In this document: positions 25,726-40,339 of the stretch, in pieces | How positions within the stretch are numbered: position 1 is the stretch's first letter | How the letters are laid out: each line of letters begins with the position of its first letter | Notes under the pieces: generated by a model | What the model was told of the DNA's origin: nothing | Seen by the model: only the letters and a program-made list of their open reading frames with translations | Database searches by the model: none | Source of the DNA: Octopus vulgaris | Taxonomy: Eukaryota | Reading direction: 5' to 3' | Assembly (NCBI GenBank): GCA_951406725.2 | Contig: OX597823.1 | Coordinates: 102,300,001-102,364,000 of the forward strand | Length of the DNA stretch: 64,000 bases | Made by a program: the position numbers and the translations under genes

Positions 25726-26100
25726 ACTTGTTTCAGTCATTTGACTGTGGCCATACTGGAGCACCACTTTTAGTCGAGCAAATCGACCCCAGGACTTATT
25801 CTTTGTAAACCTAGTACTTATTCTATCGGTCTCTTATGCCGAACCGCTAAGTTACGGGGACGTAAACACACCAGCATCTGTTGTCAAGCGATGTTGGGAG
25901 GACAGACACACAAACATCTACACACACATACATATATATACGACGGGCTTCTTTCAGTTTCCGTCTACCAAATCCACTCACAGGCCTTTGGTCGGCCCGA
26001 GGCTATAGTGGAAGACATTTGCCCAAGGTGCCACGTAGTGGGACTGAACCCTGAAAACATGTGGTCGATAAGCAAGCTACTTACCACACAGCCACTCCTA
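25722..26100 (-). mobile_element. Family B tRNA SINE, full length
   Basis: Reverse complement of ggagtggctgtgtggtaagtagcttgc...ggcaccttgggcaa...gactgaaacaagtaaaa. Confidence 0.85.
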
Positions 26101-27599
26101 CACACACACACACTCATATACATACATATATATATATTTATACATATGTATATACATCTATATATGTATTTATAAAAAGATAGATAGATACTTATGTACA
26201 TACGCATACATACACACATAATATACTCCAACAGATATTGTTTAGCAGTCAATTGTGTACTTGTTATGTAAAGGAAACCTAGTCACAAGTTTTAGTTTTC
26301 AATAGGTTTATTTGACTTCGTGTAGGCGATGAAGTCACAGAATTGTTAGACTGACAGATAAAATGTTCTTAGTGTATTTGTTCTGCCTCTCTAACATTTT
26401 CCGTTCAGATCCTCACCATGTTAACTTTGATTTTTCATCTTTCTCGTGTTAATGAATTGAGTATAGGTCCGATACAGCAGTCAATAATACTTTTTTCTTT
26501 TTCTCAGAATCGATTACTTTGTGTTGAGAAAAGGTGTATGGCAAACCACCTACAGCCCACCTTTCTCTAGATTCAGAGAATGTCTGAGCTAACAACCTTT
26601 TTTCTCAGACAGATAAAATTTTAAATTATGCTGTTGGAACTGCACAAGAACAGGTTGATATACATGCACTTTAGAATTGAAAGAAAGAAATAGCTTTGCC
26701 ATTACTCTCATCAGCTGTTTGAGGAGGATGGAATAAGCAAATGACTGTTATTGTTATATAACAACTCTCATTGCTGAAAAAGGCTTTCAAAGTGAAACTG
26801 TACGAAGTATGACATCCTAAATGTGAAACAAAAAGACAGGATGGTTATGATTGGAATGCCTTTAGTCCTAAGTCTGTTCCATCAGAGCCACTCTTGGGCT
26901 AAATAACAACATACGTACATGACTCTGTATAAGTTGCATGCTTTTTATATGTGATATCAAGTTTGAATATGAAGAGAAAAAAATATTCTACCAAGACTGA
27001 ATACTGAAACAGGAGTGCAACTTAAACACAGTAAATATGGTATGCATTTATTTATAAGCTATGCTCTAGATACTGTAGTAATTAATTCTGTATAGTTTAT
27101 AACCTTAGAGCTGGCTTTTAGAAGCATTAATTTAGCTACCAGACTTTGTCAGCTTTGTGCAGTCTCCGATTCTTCCTAAACGAATCAAATTCAGCTTACT
27201 TGATACTTTAAAAAGAAGGGAAAAAAATCTATGGTTTAATAGATTAAGTAGTTCTGAACCTGTTATACGTGATACTCTTAAAAAGTGAGTATTTTTTTAA
27301 AATGTATTTTTTAAAAAAGAAAGAATAGAAATTGGTGATGCAAAATGATTTCATAGTAAATCATTTGAGAACTACTTAAATACAGGAAAACAAAATTATA
27401 TCATACTTGTAATCATTCTTGATACTCCAAATAAAATAATGCAAAATTGAAAACTTGTAGGAGTTCTAGGGAATTACTGTTACAACTAAGCAACATTATT
27501 TCCATGGAAACAATTATATTTTTTGATGGCTGCTGTAGAAATTCTGAAACTTGTATGTGTATAGATACATATAAAATAATAATAATTTCAAATTTTGAG

Positions 27600-27770
27600 C
27601 TAAGTCAATTACATCAACCTCAGTGCTCAACTGGTACTCATTTTATCAACCACAAAAGGACTGAAGGCAAAGCTGGCCTCAACAGAATTTGAACTCAAAA
27701 TGTAAAGACAGACAAAATGCTGCTAAGCATTTTGCCCATCGTGCTAACGATTCTGCCATCTCACCATCTT
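27600..27770 (-). mobile_element. Family A SINE, diverged
   Basis: Reverse-complement core gaaggcaaag...gaatttgaactca...gtgctaacgattctgcca. Confidence 0.7.
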
Positions 27771-28509
27771 AATAATAATGATAATGATAATAATCATAAA
27801 ATCTGACACAGAAAGACAATTGGAATATCTGGAAAACACACACGTAATATATGTGGGCATGCTCAAATCCTTCTTCAGTTATTGATCAAATATCGGAAGA
27901 ATGTTGACACCTACAATAATATGTATATATATATGTATAACATAAAACTTACTTGGAAAAGGATGTGTGGCATTCGATCATATAATGATATAAATAATAT
28001 ATAAATATATGCATCATACCTACATATATATGTATATATACATACATATATGGGTACAAAATATAAAAAAAACGTTGAACACAATGAGAAACGAAAACAT
28101 AAAAAAAAACATAGAAACAAACTTTTTTTCAAACAACGAAAAAAACAGAGAAACAAGACATTCAACACAAGGAATATTCCCCTTCTTCAGTTGTCCCTGT
28201 TTCATCTACTCCACGTTTTCCCTGGATTGTTAACCAGCATTGTGTGTGTGTAAGAGAGATAAAATATGTGTATGTACATAGGTATGCACATATATGTGTG
28301 TATGTATGTGAGAAAATATGTGTATGTATATACATGTATATGTTTATTATGTATATTGGTATACAAGTGTGTTTATGTAAAAAAGAATATAATTTTCTTA
28401 TATCAAACATACTTTGCCCTTAAAAAAAAAACTGAAAGAAAAAGACTTATTAAAATAATTATATTTGTATATATTGATAACTTATGTGTTGAAGTCGTGT
28501 AAACAACAA

Positions 28510-29480
28510 ATTCCAGATCTTTTCCGTTTGGTTGCCAGCATTTCAAAAATCAAAGTTTATCCAAATTTTTGAAATTTGGTACATTAATGTACTTTTTCAA
28601 GCTGAATTGCTGGAGTTATTTAACTTTTTCCAGAAAAATGTTTTTAAAAAGTTTTACAGGTTTAAAGTTTGATCATTTTAACCCAGTCAGGAAACAGGAT
28701 TTGGAAGCTGTCATTTTGTGCGTGTCTGCACATTTTGTTGTCAGCATCCTGAAAATAGCACCGGTTGTCAGCATTTGTATTCTACATATAGAAAAGGAGT
28801 TAACAACACGTCTTTTGTAACTTCAATATGCATTTAATGTAATAGTACGAACTTAAAAAGATTTATCCAAAAGCGTTATTTACCTTTTAGTTTTAGCACA
28901 CCTCACAACCACCTCAATGGCAAGAAGAAGAAGAAAGAGTAAACAACATGTCTTTTATAGTTTTAAGCATTCAGGATGCATTTAATGCAACAGCATGAAT
29001 TAAAAAGATTTATCTAAAAACAATATAGCACATTACATATTAAACATTTTTAAAAAAGACAAACATTTTATTGACCATTTCATTGAAAATGAAAGTTTGA
29101 GATGCATTCCATCAATTTCTTGAAAAAGATCCAAATTTTCATATCTCCTGTGCCACATAAATTCACATTCTCAATTGTCAACTGTTAGGTTGACAAGTGG
29201 TTTCAATATATTTGTCAAATTTGCTTTCTTGTAGACAAAAGAGTTCTCATGTTCCGCCTTGTTACTATGAAAACAGGCATGAATGTCTGTGGCTTACGAT
29301 TGTCTAAAATTACCCAAAATTTTCAAACTTTAATTGCCAGTACCTCTTTATTTATTGATTTATAGCGAAAATGATTTTCATGCCATTCATTAGCCTATAA
29401 AAGCATATCATTACACTGAATATGAAATCAATTTGAACAGGAATCGATGTTGGCAGGCAAACAGAAAAGACCCCAAACTC
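28510..29480 (+). mobile_element. Degenerate non-autonomous DNA-transposon-like repeat, same family as 100-830
   Basis: Shares blocks with 100-830 in the opposite orientation. Confidence 0.55.
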
Positions 29481-30776
29481 CAATCACAAGCCAATGAGAA
29501 AGTTTGTACATGTTCATTGGCTCTAGTAGAAACAGCAACCAAATATCCTTGAAAATCACACTTTAATGGCATTTTCAATCAGGATAGAACACATTTGACA
29601 ACATATCGTTTGATGTAGTTATAATATGCCTACAAAGATGAGATGGTCACAGTTGGCCTTTCTTTTTATTATGAATTTGTTTGATCTGTGCTGACTTGGG
29701 CATAGACAAATAACCCCTGCTACTTTATATCCCCAACTTCATGAACTTGAAGTCCACCATTCAAAGGGAATGCTTCAAGCCACATAGCACTTCTGGCAGC
29801 TTCTAGAATGTTATCCGACCAATCGTTCAGCTTCATAGGTTGAGTCGATTGTGATACAATCAACTCAACTGGCAGCAATTCTGAAAATACTTGTAGAATC
29901 TCTTTGAATTACATTCAAATTTCTATTAGAATACAACCAAATCTCTATAGAATCACTCATTATTTATTATTCCAAACTGTAAAAGAAAAAGAAAATAAAA
30001 AACATAGAACAGCAGCTTTTGTATTCAATAACCATCTGGTGTTTTTTCTAAAACTTTCTATGGAAATGTCCATTCACAATACTAGTTTTTAAACCTACAG
30101 CTTGAATAGTAAATTAGATGGAAATATTGGTATTGAATACGCTGGAAACTCAATTGTAAAAACTGACCAGAAATTACTAAAAAAATATAGGATTTCTTTT
30201 TCTCTTCTTTTTCTTTTTTTACCATTTTTTTTCTCCATTTTTGTTTTTGTTTCAATACTTTTCTTTTATCCATTCTTTTTCATGTTTCCCTCTCTCTCTC
30301 TCTCTCTCTTGCAGTTTTCTTTTTCTCTCTTCCTCTTATTTATTCCTATTCTTTTATTAGTTAATCTATGTTTGTTTCTCTTGCCCATGAAAATCTATTT
30401 CATATACACGAGAGAGTGAAAGAGAGAGAGAGAGAGGGAGAGAAACAGATAGAGACAGACAGACACAAAGCTGTCATGTAATTTATATCTCTGCCTCTTT
30501 TTCTGCCTTATCTTTTTTTATTATTACATAATCAACTTGAACAGTTGTACATTTGTGGTCATCGACTACACTTTGAATTGTTAACATTTAAGTGTTCATA
30601 ACCAGTCAATATCCAGATTAATTTACCTGTCCTTTACAGCTCGTTAACCTAACCAGTGAACAAAAGTCGAATACATATCATGTACTAATATATATATATT
30701 GCAAATTTGTTGCTATATGTGTATATGTTTATGCACACATGCATCCATTAGTATCTATGTATAATTATAGCCAATA

Positions 30777-31166
30777 CTAGCAGTATCACCCAGCGTTGCT
30801 CGGGTTTGTTTCGACCCTTTAGAATTGGAATTTTTGAAAAGTAAAAATTTTGCATTATGTAGCTTGTTATTCTCTTTAAGTGAACATTTTTCTGGTTGAA
30901 ATACACCAAAAATTGGCGACACAGCAGTCAAAAAATTGTAAAACGTAAGGGATTTTCAAAGAAAAAAGCACCTTTTTGATGTAAATAATTTTTGGTGTTA
31001 ACATGGTCCAATTTGAATTTTATCTTCTAAGGAATGAAGAGCAAGCCTTCTTCTATCATACTCTCAATTTTGGTCAAATTGTGCTGCAGGGTCTCGGAGG
31101 AGATAGCGTTAGTTGAAGGCTACCAAACCTGCCATACACAGACAACTTCAGCTTTACATATATAGA
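30777..31166 (-). mobile_element. Non-autonomous Helitron H1, copy 2
   Basis: Same termini and body as 17107. Confidence 0.8.
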
Positions 31167-31844
31167 TAATGTTGGTTGGTTGATTTCTCCAGTAAGATAC
31201 ACAGCATTATGATTATTTCCCTGCATACGAGTTGAATTTTTCTGACCATAATTATAATCTACAGCCAAGAATAGTCTGGTCAACTTATTCCCCAAGATGA
31301 CTTTGGGGGACCAAAACTTCCATTGGAAATGTGACAGGATTTGGAAAGAGGGTGATGATGTTGGGATATTTACTCTACACGTTTACTCTATATACAATGT
31401 TGACTTGTATGCTGTAAAATATGATAACTTCAAGGGTGCAGGGTGAGTGCAGCCTCTAAGTGTAACCTTGGTGACAGGCAATTAGTAAAGGAACACTATA
31501 CACACATACTGAGAAAGACAGAATCATGGAGACAAGAGAGAGTGAGAGAGAGTAAACACCAGAGTAGTTTTAGCAAGAATTATACAAGTGAAAAATTTGT
31601 TCCGTTTAATTTTATTGTAAAGCAATAATTGGTTTTCCTTTCAAAATTAGTATTCATTTCATTATTTTGTATATGAACGATGTAATGTGATGAAAGTTAA
31701 ATTTTAATTATTTCTATGTCTGCTATATTTCCAATGTTATCATCATAATGACAGTAACACTCTTATGTGTGTTGTAAGTATGTATATAATATATATCTAT
31801 ATATATTATATATATGTGTATATATATATCAATATAAATAATGT

Positions 31845-32158
31845 AACTCTTTACTCTTTACGCATTTACTTGCTTCAATCATTTGACTGTGGCCAGGCTG
31901 CAGCACCGCCTTTAGTCAAGCAAATCGACCTCAGGATTTATTCTTTGTTAGCCTAGTACTTATTCTATTGGTCTCTTAAACACACACACACATATACATA
32001 CATATATACAACGGGCTTCTTTCAGTTTCTGTCTACCAAATTCAATCACAAGGCTTTAGTTGGCCCAAGGATATAGTAGAAAACACTTGCCCAAGTGGGA
32101 CTGAACTTGGAACCATGTGGTTCTTAAGCAAGCTACTTACCACACAGCCACTTCTACC

Positions 32159-32160
<2 letters not shown>
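31845..32160 (-). mobile_element. Family B SINE, internally deleted
   Basis: Matches the 25722 copy. Confidence 0.75.
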
Positions 32161-32251
<91 letters not shown>

Positions 32252-33486
32252 ATGAGACTGAACCTAAAAGGATGGAGTTGCAAAGTGAACTTCTTAACCG
32301 CTCCCTAAAGGGCAGCAATAGTATAAGTAAACCTGATCAACCAAGAATTGAAACTAGGTCCCACTTGCAACATGCAGCTCCGTTGCTGCTGTTGCTTAAC
32401 CCTCTTTCATCCCTGTCTGTGCAATGATGAAAGGTATTCCAGCTATGACTCCCCCTCCCCCGCCATCCTTTTATCTGGCATTGCATATCTAGGATTACAT
32501 TACCCAATATATCCTGACTGTTATTTCTTGCAAACTGAGCAACAACTACTTAGTGGTTCCCTGTGGTTCTCCACCCACCCCCCTTTGCTGAAACGAAGTA
32601 GAAATGTAGAAAAGGGGTTAAGATGATGGAAACTGGAGAGGCATGGGTGTGGTATCCCTCAACTTCCCACTTCCTGTCCCCTCCAAAATTCCTAAGTTTC
32701 AAGCCTTTATAAAGAAACAATTCTAGTCAGTTGAACCGGAAGCGCCATTTTTTGCTTTTCTCCCATGGCTCTCCACCACCCAGACAAACTTTCTTCCTCC
32801 TGAAGCCATCTGTGATCTTAAGTATTTCAGTAATTCATTACTCACCATAAAGCACCATCACTACTAAGCCACCAACTACATCAGATCCCTGAACCAACAC
32901 CACCACATCGCTACCACCACTGACAACACCACTACAACCAATCCTGAAGGTTGCAGATGGTTTCATACAAGCAAGGTTATAAAAAAAAAATGTCATTTAA
33001 TCAATATTCTCCTTTTTGTCTGCTACAAATGGGAGAAAGCAGAAAGAAAAAAAATTATACAATGTCAGTTACTGGTAAACTGCAGAGGATCATGTGGGGT
33101 TTAGGTTTATTTTAGAGCAGCCCTTTTAAATTAAATGTTACAAAAACTACGTGTGTGTGTGTGTGAGTAGATATTGATATGTATATATGTGTATATATGT
33201 ATATATATATATTTGTGTGTGTGTGTGTTCATATATATATATATATATATATACTCATGTGCGTGTGTGTGTAAAATAGATAAATAAGAAGTGAGTAGAA
33301 AGTGTATTTTTTGCCAAATTCTTAACTAGATGACACAGAGTGTTCCTTACAGATGTGATCACATGTCGTGAATATCTACATTACAGACGAGATCACATGT
33401 CGTGAGTAAACACAGATGCTATGAAGTAGGTCACCACATAATAACAACACTCTCGAGAGAATATTTTCATTTTGTGTGTGTGTATA

Positions 33487-33532
<46 letters not shown>

Positions 33533-34152
33533 GAAAATAATGAAATTATTTCAGAGCTGTACTTGTTTGGCAAGTGACTTGATGTAAGGCTGTATGTTGA
33601 AACTCATAGTAATGATGTCATAGAAGAATCATTTTTGCCATTTTAAGGAGGGACAAAAATGCAAGATTTTGTGTGTTCTTAAATAGCTAATATGGCTCCT
33701 TTAATGAGGTAATGAAATCGTTATTATAACTTTTTAATAAATTAATATCATTTATTCAGTGTTAGAAATCATCTGTTGTTTCAAAGGCAGGTTCCTCAGT
33801 TGGTCCCTCAAAACAGTCAAAGAGCCCAATGTGTGGTCACTCACTTTGTAGGTAGCCTGATTAATTAATCATGTCTAATTAATTAATTAGCAGCCCAATC
33901 TCTCAAATTACACCTTGCTCTCTATCATAAAAAGAAAGGGATCTTCTTAAATTTCTTCCATCCACTTGGAAGTTTTTCAAATTTTCACATTTTTCAAATT
34001 AGTTTAAAAAAATGATAGTTCTGATATAGTTCCACATGCTGATGATAAAAATTGCATTCATTTTTATTTTTCTAGAAATTATAATAAAAAAGTTACAAGC
34101 ACTTAAAATTCTATAATTTTATCTTCTCAGTAGCCATTCATTGCCTGACATA

Positions 34153-34333
34153 CCTATTTCTTTATTACCCACAAGGGGCTAAACACAGAGGGGACAAACA
34201 AGGAAAGATATAGGTATTAAGTCGATTACATCGACCCCAGTGCGTAACTGGTACTTAATTTATTGACCCCGAAAGAATGAAAGGCAAAGTTGACCTCGGC
34301 GGAATTTGAACTCACAACATAACGGCAGACGAA
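34153..34333 (-). mobile_element. Family A SINE
   Basis: ctatttctttattacccacaagggg...ggaatttgaactca. Confidence 0.8.
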
Positions 34334-35647
34334 AGGACATACCAGAAGCCTTGACTGTTTGTCCCCACGGGAACAGCATGCACAAAATCTATTCATTGTC
34401 GATCAGCTAGAAATAGCAGCCAAATCTTCCTTAAACTATGTAAAGTTTAAAAAAACAAGAAGGATGATATTGTGCCACAGTACTATTTATTTCCTTGATT
34501 ATGGTTGGCTCAAGTGGTTTCCACTTATTGAGTGTTATGAATAACATTTAATTTTGATTGAATTCCACACCTTAAAATACTGGGTCCCACAGATCGATAA
34601 AAAGGAAGGATACATTAGACAATATAGTTTCATCAGAGTTGACCTGGAATTAACAGTAAAACACAGGTACTTTCTCTAATTCTTCATGTTTGACTTTGTA
34701 CACACATAGTTGGCTCCTTTAGCCAGGCCAGTCTACATTGGCCTTCTGGAACTATAAAGCTGTCGACTCTTTTATGAAGATCTTTTCCTTCTTGTTACTG
34801 CTGATTTTACTCTTATTTCATTTTATTTATTTTTTACTCAATGCAAATAGCACCCCACTTTTTTTTTGTCCTTCTACTATTCCTAATGTTTTGGGTTGTC
34901 CTATGGTTAATAACAGGAATCATATATTTAGTAACAATAATGTATGATATCGATTTCTAAAACTGATACAACCACACAACAAACATGTTTTGGTAGAGCA
35001 TAGGATAGGTTAAATTGATACCATCATATGTAAAAAGCACTGGTGCTGGTGCCATGCAGAAATCTCTTAGTATAAAATAGTTGGCTTTAGGAAGGGCACC
35101 AAGCCAAAACAGACAGTGGAACTTGATGAGGCTCCTGCCCTTATTAGCTCCTGGAAAACAGACATTAAATAGTGATAATTTATATGTATATATCTATCTC
35201 CCCAATATTTTCCTAACAACAATGTCTGAAGGACACACAATATAATCGCATTCCTTTGATGCAAATCTCATGAAGTGCCTCATCCAATGTCTAAAACCAC
35301 AAATATTATGTGATTTTTCATTTAGAATTTTTGCATAAACTGTTGTTTTGCGTAAACTGCTACTGGAGGTGATATAGAAGCATTTGTAACTTATAATTAA
35401 AGATGTATTCAAGAATTTCTTTTGTCTTCTTCTTTTCATTAGATTATTTACTCTTCACAAAACCCAGTTGATGGTATAATTATCATGAGACTTGGATTTT
35501 CTACATCTGAAGTATTCCGGCTTTGGCTTGGATCCCAACAGTATCCAGGTCAAGTGGTTCTGGAAATACCCCAACTTCACACACAACCTGACCATAGCCA
35601 TTTGATCTCACACTCTCAATATATATATATATATTTATATATCATAT

Positions 35648-35805
35648 AGGCACAGGAGTGGCTGTGTGATAAGTAGCTTCCTTACCAACCATATGGTTGC
35701 GGGTTCAGTCCCACTATGTGGCACTTTGGGCAAGTTTCTTCTACTATAGCCTCACGCTGGCCAAAGCCCTGTGTGTGGATTTGGTACACAGAAACTGAAA
35801 GAAGC

Positions 35806-35864
<59 letters not shown>

Positions 35865-35915
35865 ATATGTTTGTGTGTCTGTGTTTGACCCCCCAACATC
35901 ACTTGACAACCAACA
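35648..35915 (+). mobile_element. Family B SINE
   Basis: ggcacaggagtggctgtgtg...gaaactgaaagaagccc. Confidence 0.8.
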
Positions 35916-36279
35916 CAACACACCACCTGGTGTGGGATCATGGTTTCAGTTCTTTGAATTGAAACCACCATCTCGCATTTGTCAGTGCACCAACCTAACC
36001 ACTAGGCTATTGTCCTTATTATATATATATTATGCCAGAAGCCGAAAGTGTGTGTTGGGTGAAGCCACAGAGATTGGTGTTGACTGTCAGTAGAGGTGTC
36101 CTGGATTCTGACCGTTTAGATATGGCAACTCTAACCTAGGACTTCTGTATAAGGCTATGGATATGAAACCAAAAGAAGAAAGAATTTTATCTAATGTGCC
36201 CTTCCTCATTTAAGATGGTATAAATTTGGCAGTTGATATTCAACAAAGGCTCATTTGTTGGTTGTTGTTGTTTGTTTGT

Positions 36280-36657
36280 TGAGTGAAGCGGTCTTCGTCC
36301 CAGAGCTCACAAAATCATGCCTCAGGAGAAGTCCGAAGCATGGTCCTTTGCTATTCATAAGACCCACAGAAGAGAAAGCAGGTCAACTCCCGACACCGAG
36401 AGCATCGACGGATGGATGAATGCGCATCCAGGCTCAGCGGTTGCGTAGGAACTCAGGGACAAGAAACAGGAAGAAAGAGTGAGAGAAAGTTGGAGCGAAA
36501 GAGTACAACAGGGCTTGCCACCACCCCCTGCCGGAGCCTTGTGGAGCTTTAGGTGTTTTCACTCAATAAACACACACAATGCCCAGCCTGGGAATCAAAG
36601 CCGTGATCCTCTGACCGCGAGTCCATTGCCCTAACCACTGGGCCGTTGCACCTCCAC
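36280..36657 (-). mobile_element. tRNA SINE (head related to 15794 and 50205-50470)
   Basis: Reverse complement ggaggtgcaacggcccagtggttaggg...aaacacctaaagctccac. Confidence 0.7.
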
Positions 36658-37309
36658 TGGCTGTTGTTGTTCTTAGTGGTGGTAGTAATATAATGGCAAT
36701 AGCGTTGTTCTTGTTGCCAGTGGTGGTGGTGGTGGTGGTGGTGGTGGTGGAGGTGGTAGTGCAACAATGGTTATAAATAATACTGTTATTAGTTAGTGTG
36801 GTGGTGGTGACAATATATGGGTTTTATTAATGCCTAGCAGTAATTGTTCTGATTAAATGATTGTTGAAGGAAGACATCTATGATTTAATCGACCAATTCT
36901 AAATTAGATTATATCCAGTTATATAATTGGTTATGTCCTGCAATGTTGTTGACCATCAGAAAAATAGACATACAAAGGTCAAAGTGACCAAATTAAAATA
37001 TTGAGATATCAGATTTTTTGGAGAATTTATTATGAATATCTTAAAATCAATATTCAGTGATAGAAAGAAAAAAACCCTTTACAATTTTTGCGGGGCTAGT
37101 TTTATACAAGAAAAATAAATAAATAAAAGAAAATAAAGGCACAAGGAACTCGAGGTTAACATGCAGTTTACGACTGTAAAAAGGTGAAAGTAAAAAGCAA
37201 CAGAAACCTGAAGTGATGATAGCAAAATATCAAAATTTCATGAAACATATTCGATATCGAATGGATTGGCTTCTTGTGTTGGTGTCAGCAATTTCTATAT
37301 GCATTAAAG

Positions 37310-37710
37310 AGGAGTGGCTGTGTGGTAAGTAGCTTGCTTACCAACCACATAGTTCCAATTTCAGTCCCACTGCATGGAACCTTGGGCAAGTGTCTTCTAC
37401 TATAGCCTCAGGCCGACCAATGCCTTGTGAGTGGATTTGGTAGACGGAAACTGAAAGAAGCCCGTTGTATACATGTATGTGTATATATATATGTGTGTGT
37501 GTGTGTGTTTGTGTGTCTGTGTATGTCCTCCCAACATCGCTTGATAACCGATGCTGGTGTGTTTATGTCCTCGTAACTTAGTGGTTTGGCAAAAGAGACC
37601 GATAGAATAAGTACTAGGCTTACAAAAAATAAGTCCTGGGATCAATTTGCTCGACTAAATGTGCTGCCCCAGCATGGCCGCAGTCAAATGACTGAAATGA
37701 GTAAAAGAGT
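37310..37710 (+). mobile_element. Family B SINE, full length
   Basis: Head, internal (TG/TA)n and 3' tail ccagcatggccgcagtcaaatgactgaaa. Confidence 0.85.
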
Positions 37711-39006
37711 AACCAAACACTTAAGCCAAACAATGATAGCATCCTTACACAGCCTGAAAGAAGGCTATAGGTACTTGACAAGAAGAAACTTGGGCAACAA
37801 TATGGTACAAGGGATGATATATTTATATCATATCTTCATGTCTATGTGCAGCAAAACAAATTTAGAGATCAGGAAGATCTAATCATGAATCTCATTTCAT
37901 GCATCAATGGACTGGTATTGATGTTTTCATCTTACATAAATTAATATGAATGCTTTTCATGTTATATTAAAAGTATGGTTCTCTACATTATTTTCATGAA
38001 GTTATGGAAAGTCACTGTTGTCACTTCTAGTTTCTATTGCTGTTTACTTTCATTTTTTGGACAATTTACTTTCACTTTTTTTATAGTAGAATTATGTACA
38101 AATTCAAATATTTAAGTAATCTTTTATTTTAAGTATTGGGAAAGTGAAAGTCAAAACAGTATTAGATGGAGACTCAGCAGTGAAATGAAACTGAACTCTG
38201 AAATGATGGTTTACTTTTTTCCTCTGTACAGACACCGACTTGCTCCATACAACAGATTGTTCTCAGCCACTTGATACCCACCCATAGATAAGCTATTATA
38301 AAAGGCAAGGCAATGGGATATAACATCCTGAGACAAGAAAGAATTAGACAAAATTCTTTCTTGTCTCCAAGCTTTTCCATCTGAACATATCTGGCGATAC
38401 TCCAAACACAATGACTCATTACAGCATAATGCTGAATTATTCATTAAATCTAATGATGTTAGAAACTTCTACAATTCTTAGAAGCAGCATCTGAAAGGTT
38501 CTGCCATTTTTCTTCAATACATAAACAATTTCTAAATAAGCTTTCGGTGTGAAAGTACCAAAAAAAGTCTATTGGCTTCCTTTATTATTGCTTTTGGTTA
38601 CAAGCTAATTGTGATTATAGCTGGGTTTTTTTAATTTCCAGTTAAAGTTTATTATTGCTGGATACTTAAAACAAAAGATTACCTATATTTTTTTAATAGT
38701 TATCAGGTAAAATGTCATTTCACTGCTGAGTGAACTAATATAAGGTTTTCAGGAAAGTTTATACAATATATTTTCACAGTAAAGAAATCTGTGCTAGGTT
38801 CAAGTTTGTTCTATACAAGAAAAATAAAGACTCCAGGAATGATATAAGAATTTGATTTATCATGAAATATATTTTTCATTGAAAGAAGAAGTAATAAAAT
38901 CAATTGCTGAGTAAATATTTTTAATGATTAAAATAGCCAGAAAGAACATTTTAGAGAAAGATTTTTCGGGAGAATTTATACAGGATATATCAATATTTAT
39001 ATATAA

Positions 39007-39396
39007 CTAGCAGTATCGCCCAGCGTTGCTCGGGTTTTTTTCAACCCTTTAGAATTGGAATTTTTGAAAAGTAAAAATTTTGCATTATGTAGCTTGTTAT
39101 TCTCTTTAAGTGAACATTTTTCTGGTTGAAATACACTGAAAAATGGCGACACAGCAGCCAAAAAATCGTAATAAGTAGGGATTTTCATAGAAAAAAAGTA
39201 CCTTTTTGATGTAAATAATTTTTGGTGTTAACATGGTCCAATTTGAATTTTTTCTTCTATGGAAGGAAGAGCAAGCCTTCTTCTATCATACTCTCAATTT
39301 TGGTCAACTTGTGCTACAGGGTCTCGGAGGAGATAGTGTTAGTTGAAGGCTACCAAACCTGCCATACACAGACAACTTCAGCTTTATATATAGAGA
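39007..39396 (-). mobile_element. Non-autonomous Helitron H1, copy 3
   Basis: Same termini and body as 17107. Confidence 0.8.
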
Positions 39397-40339
39397 GATT
39401 AGGAAGAAAAAAAGATCTTTTACATTAGGTTTTAAACAGGAAAAGAAATAAAATAAATGTACAAGAAACTATGTTCAGATTCATATCTTGCTTTGAAAAA
39501 TTAATAAAATCAGCTGCAAAATATATATCTTTTTAATGCATTTATCTATGTATTGAAATAACAATCTCTTTTCGTGCTATCTATCTGTCTTAAGTATTTA
39601 TTCTATCTTTTGTCTGTTGAGGCAGTTAACATCTCACTTCATTCAAGAAAAAACAACTGGTTATAAAGCCAGATTTGAACTCAGAACATAAAGAGAAACG
39701 CTTAAATATTGCAACATCCATCAATGTATGTGGAGTGATTATAGTTTTTCCAATGGTTAACTACCTTGGTATTAGATAAAACACTGAGAAACAAACTTTT
39801 GGCTGAGAAGAAAGTGCAGTTTTTATATTCTTAAAATTTACCTATAGGAGCAAAATTATAGGCCATGTTTTGAAATTACTGGTCATATTTTACAATTACT
39901 TTAAGCACAAAATGCCATCACCTCAGACAGCTGTAATGTAGAGGCCTGTATCTTGTTAGATGTATTGTAGAGTTGAAATAGTGGAATGGGAATAAAACAA
40001 CTCCAAGCTGGATATACAATCTATATATCTTGATGGTAGCATCTCTTTAAGAGGGATAATGTGAAGCCAGAAGAAGGTGGGGAGACATGTTGAGGGTGCA
40101 CTGGATGTTTAAAGAGATCTTGATTTTTCTTAGAAATAAAATATTTAAATCATCAGGATTAAATTATTAGCAGGACATTGTGTTATTAGGGAGCAGAAAA
40201 ACATGACTGATGATGTGCCCAGGTCCAGTATAATTTTGCTAGGAAAGTCCTTGCTCCCTTTACAAATTTCTATAAAAATTTAACATAGGGGCACTAACCA
40301 ATGCAAATAGGTAAAAGAGCTAGGTGGGATAGTATAAGA

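Noticed and set aside
35443-35548. Plus-strand exon candidate after a strong polypyrimidine acceptor
   Set aside because: The donor is weak (gtcaag) and the peptide is unrecognised.
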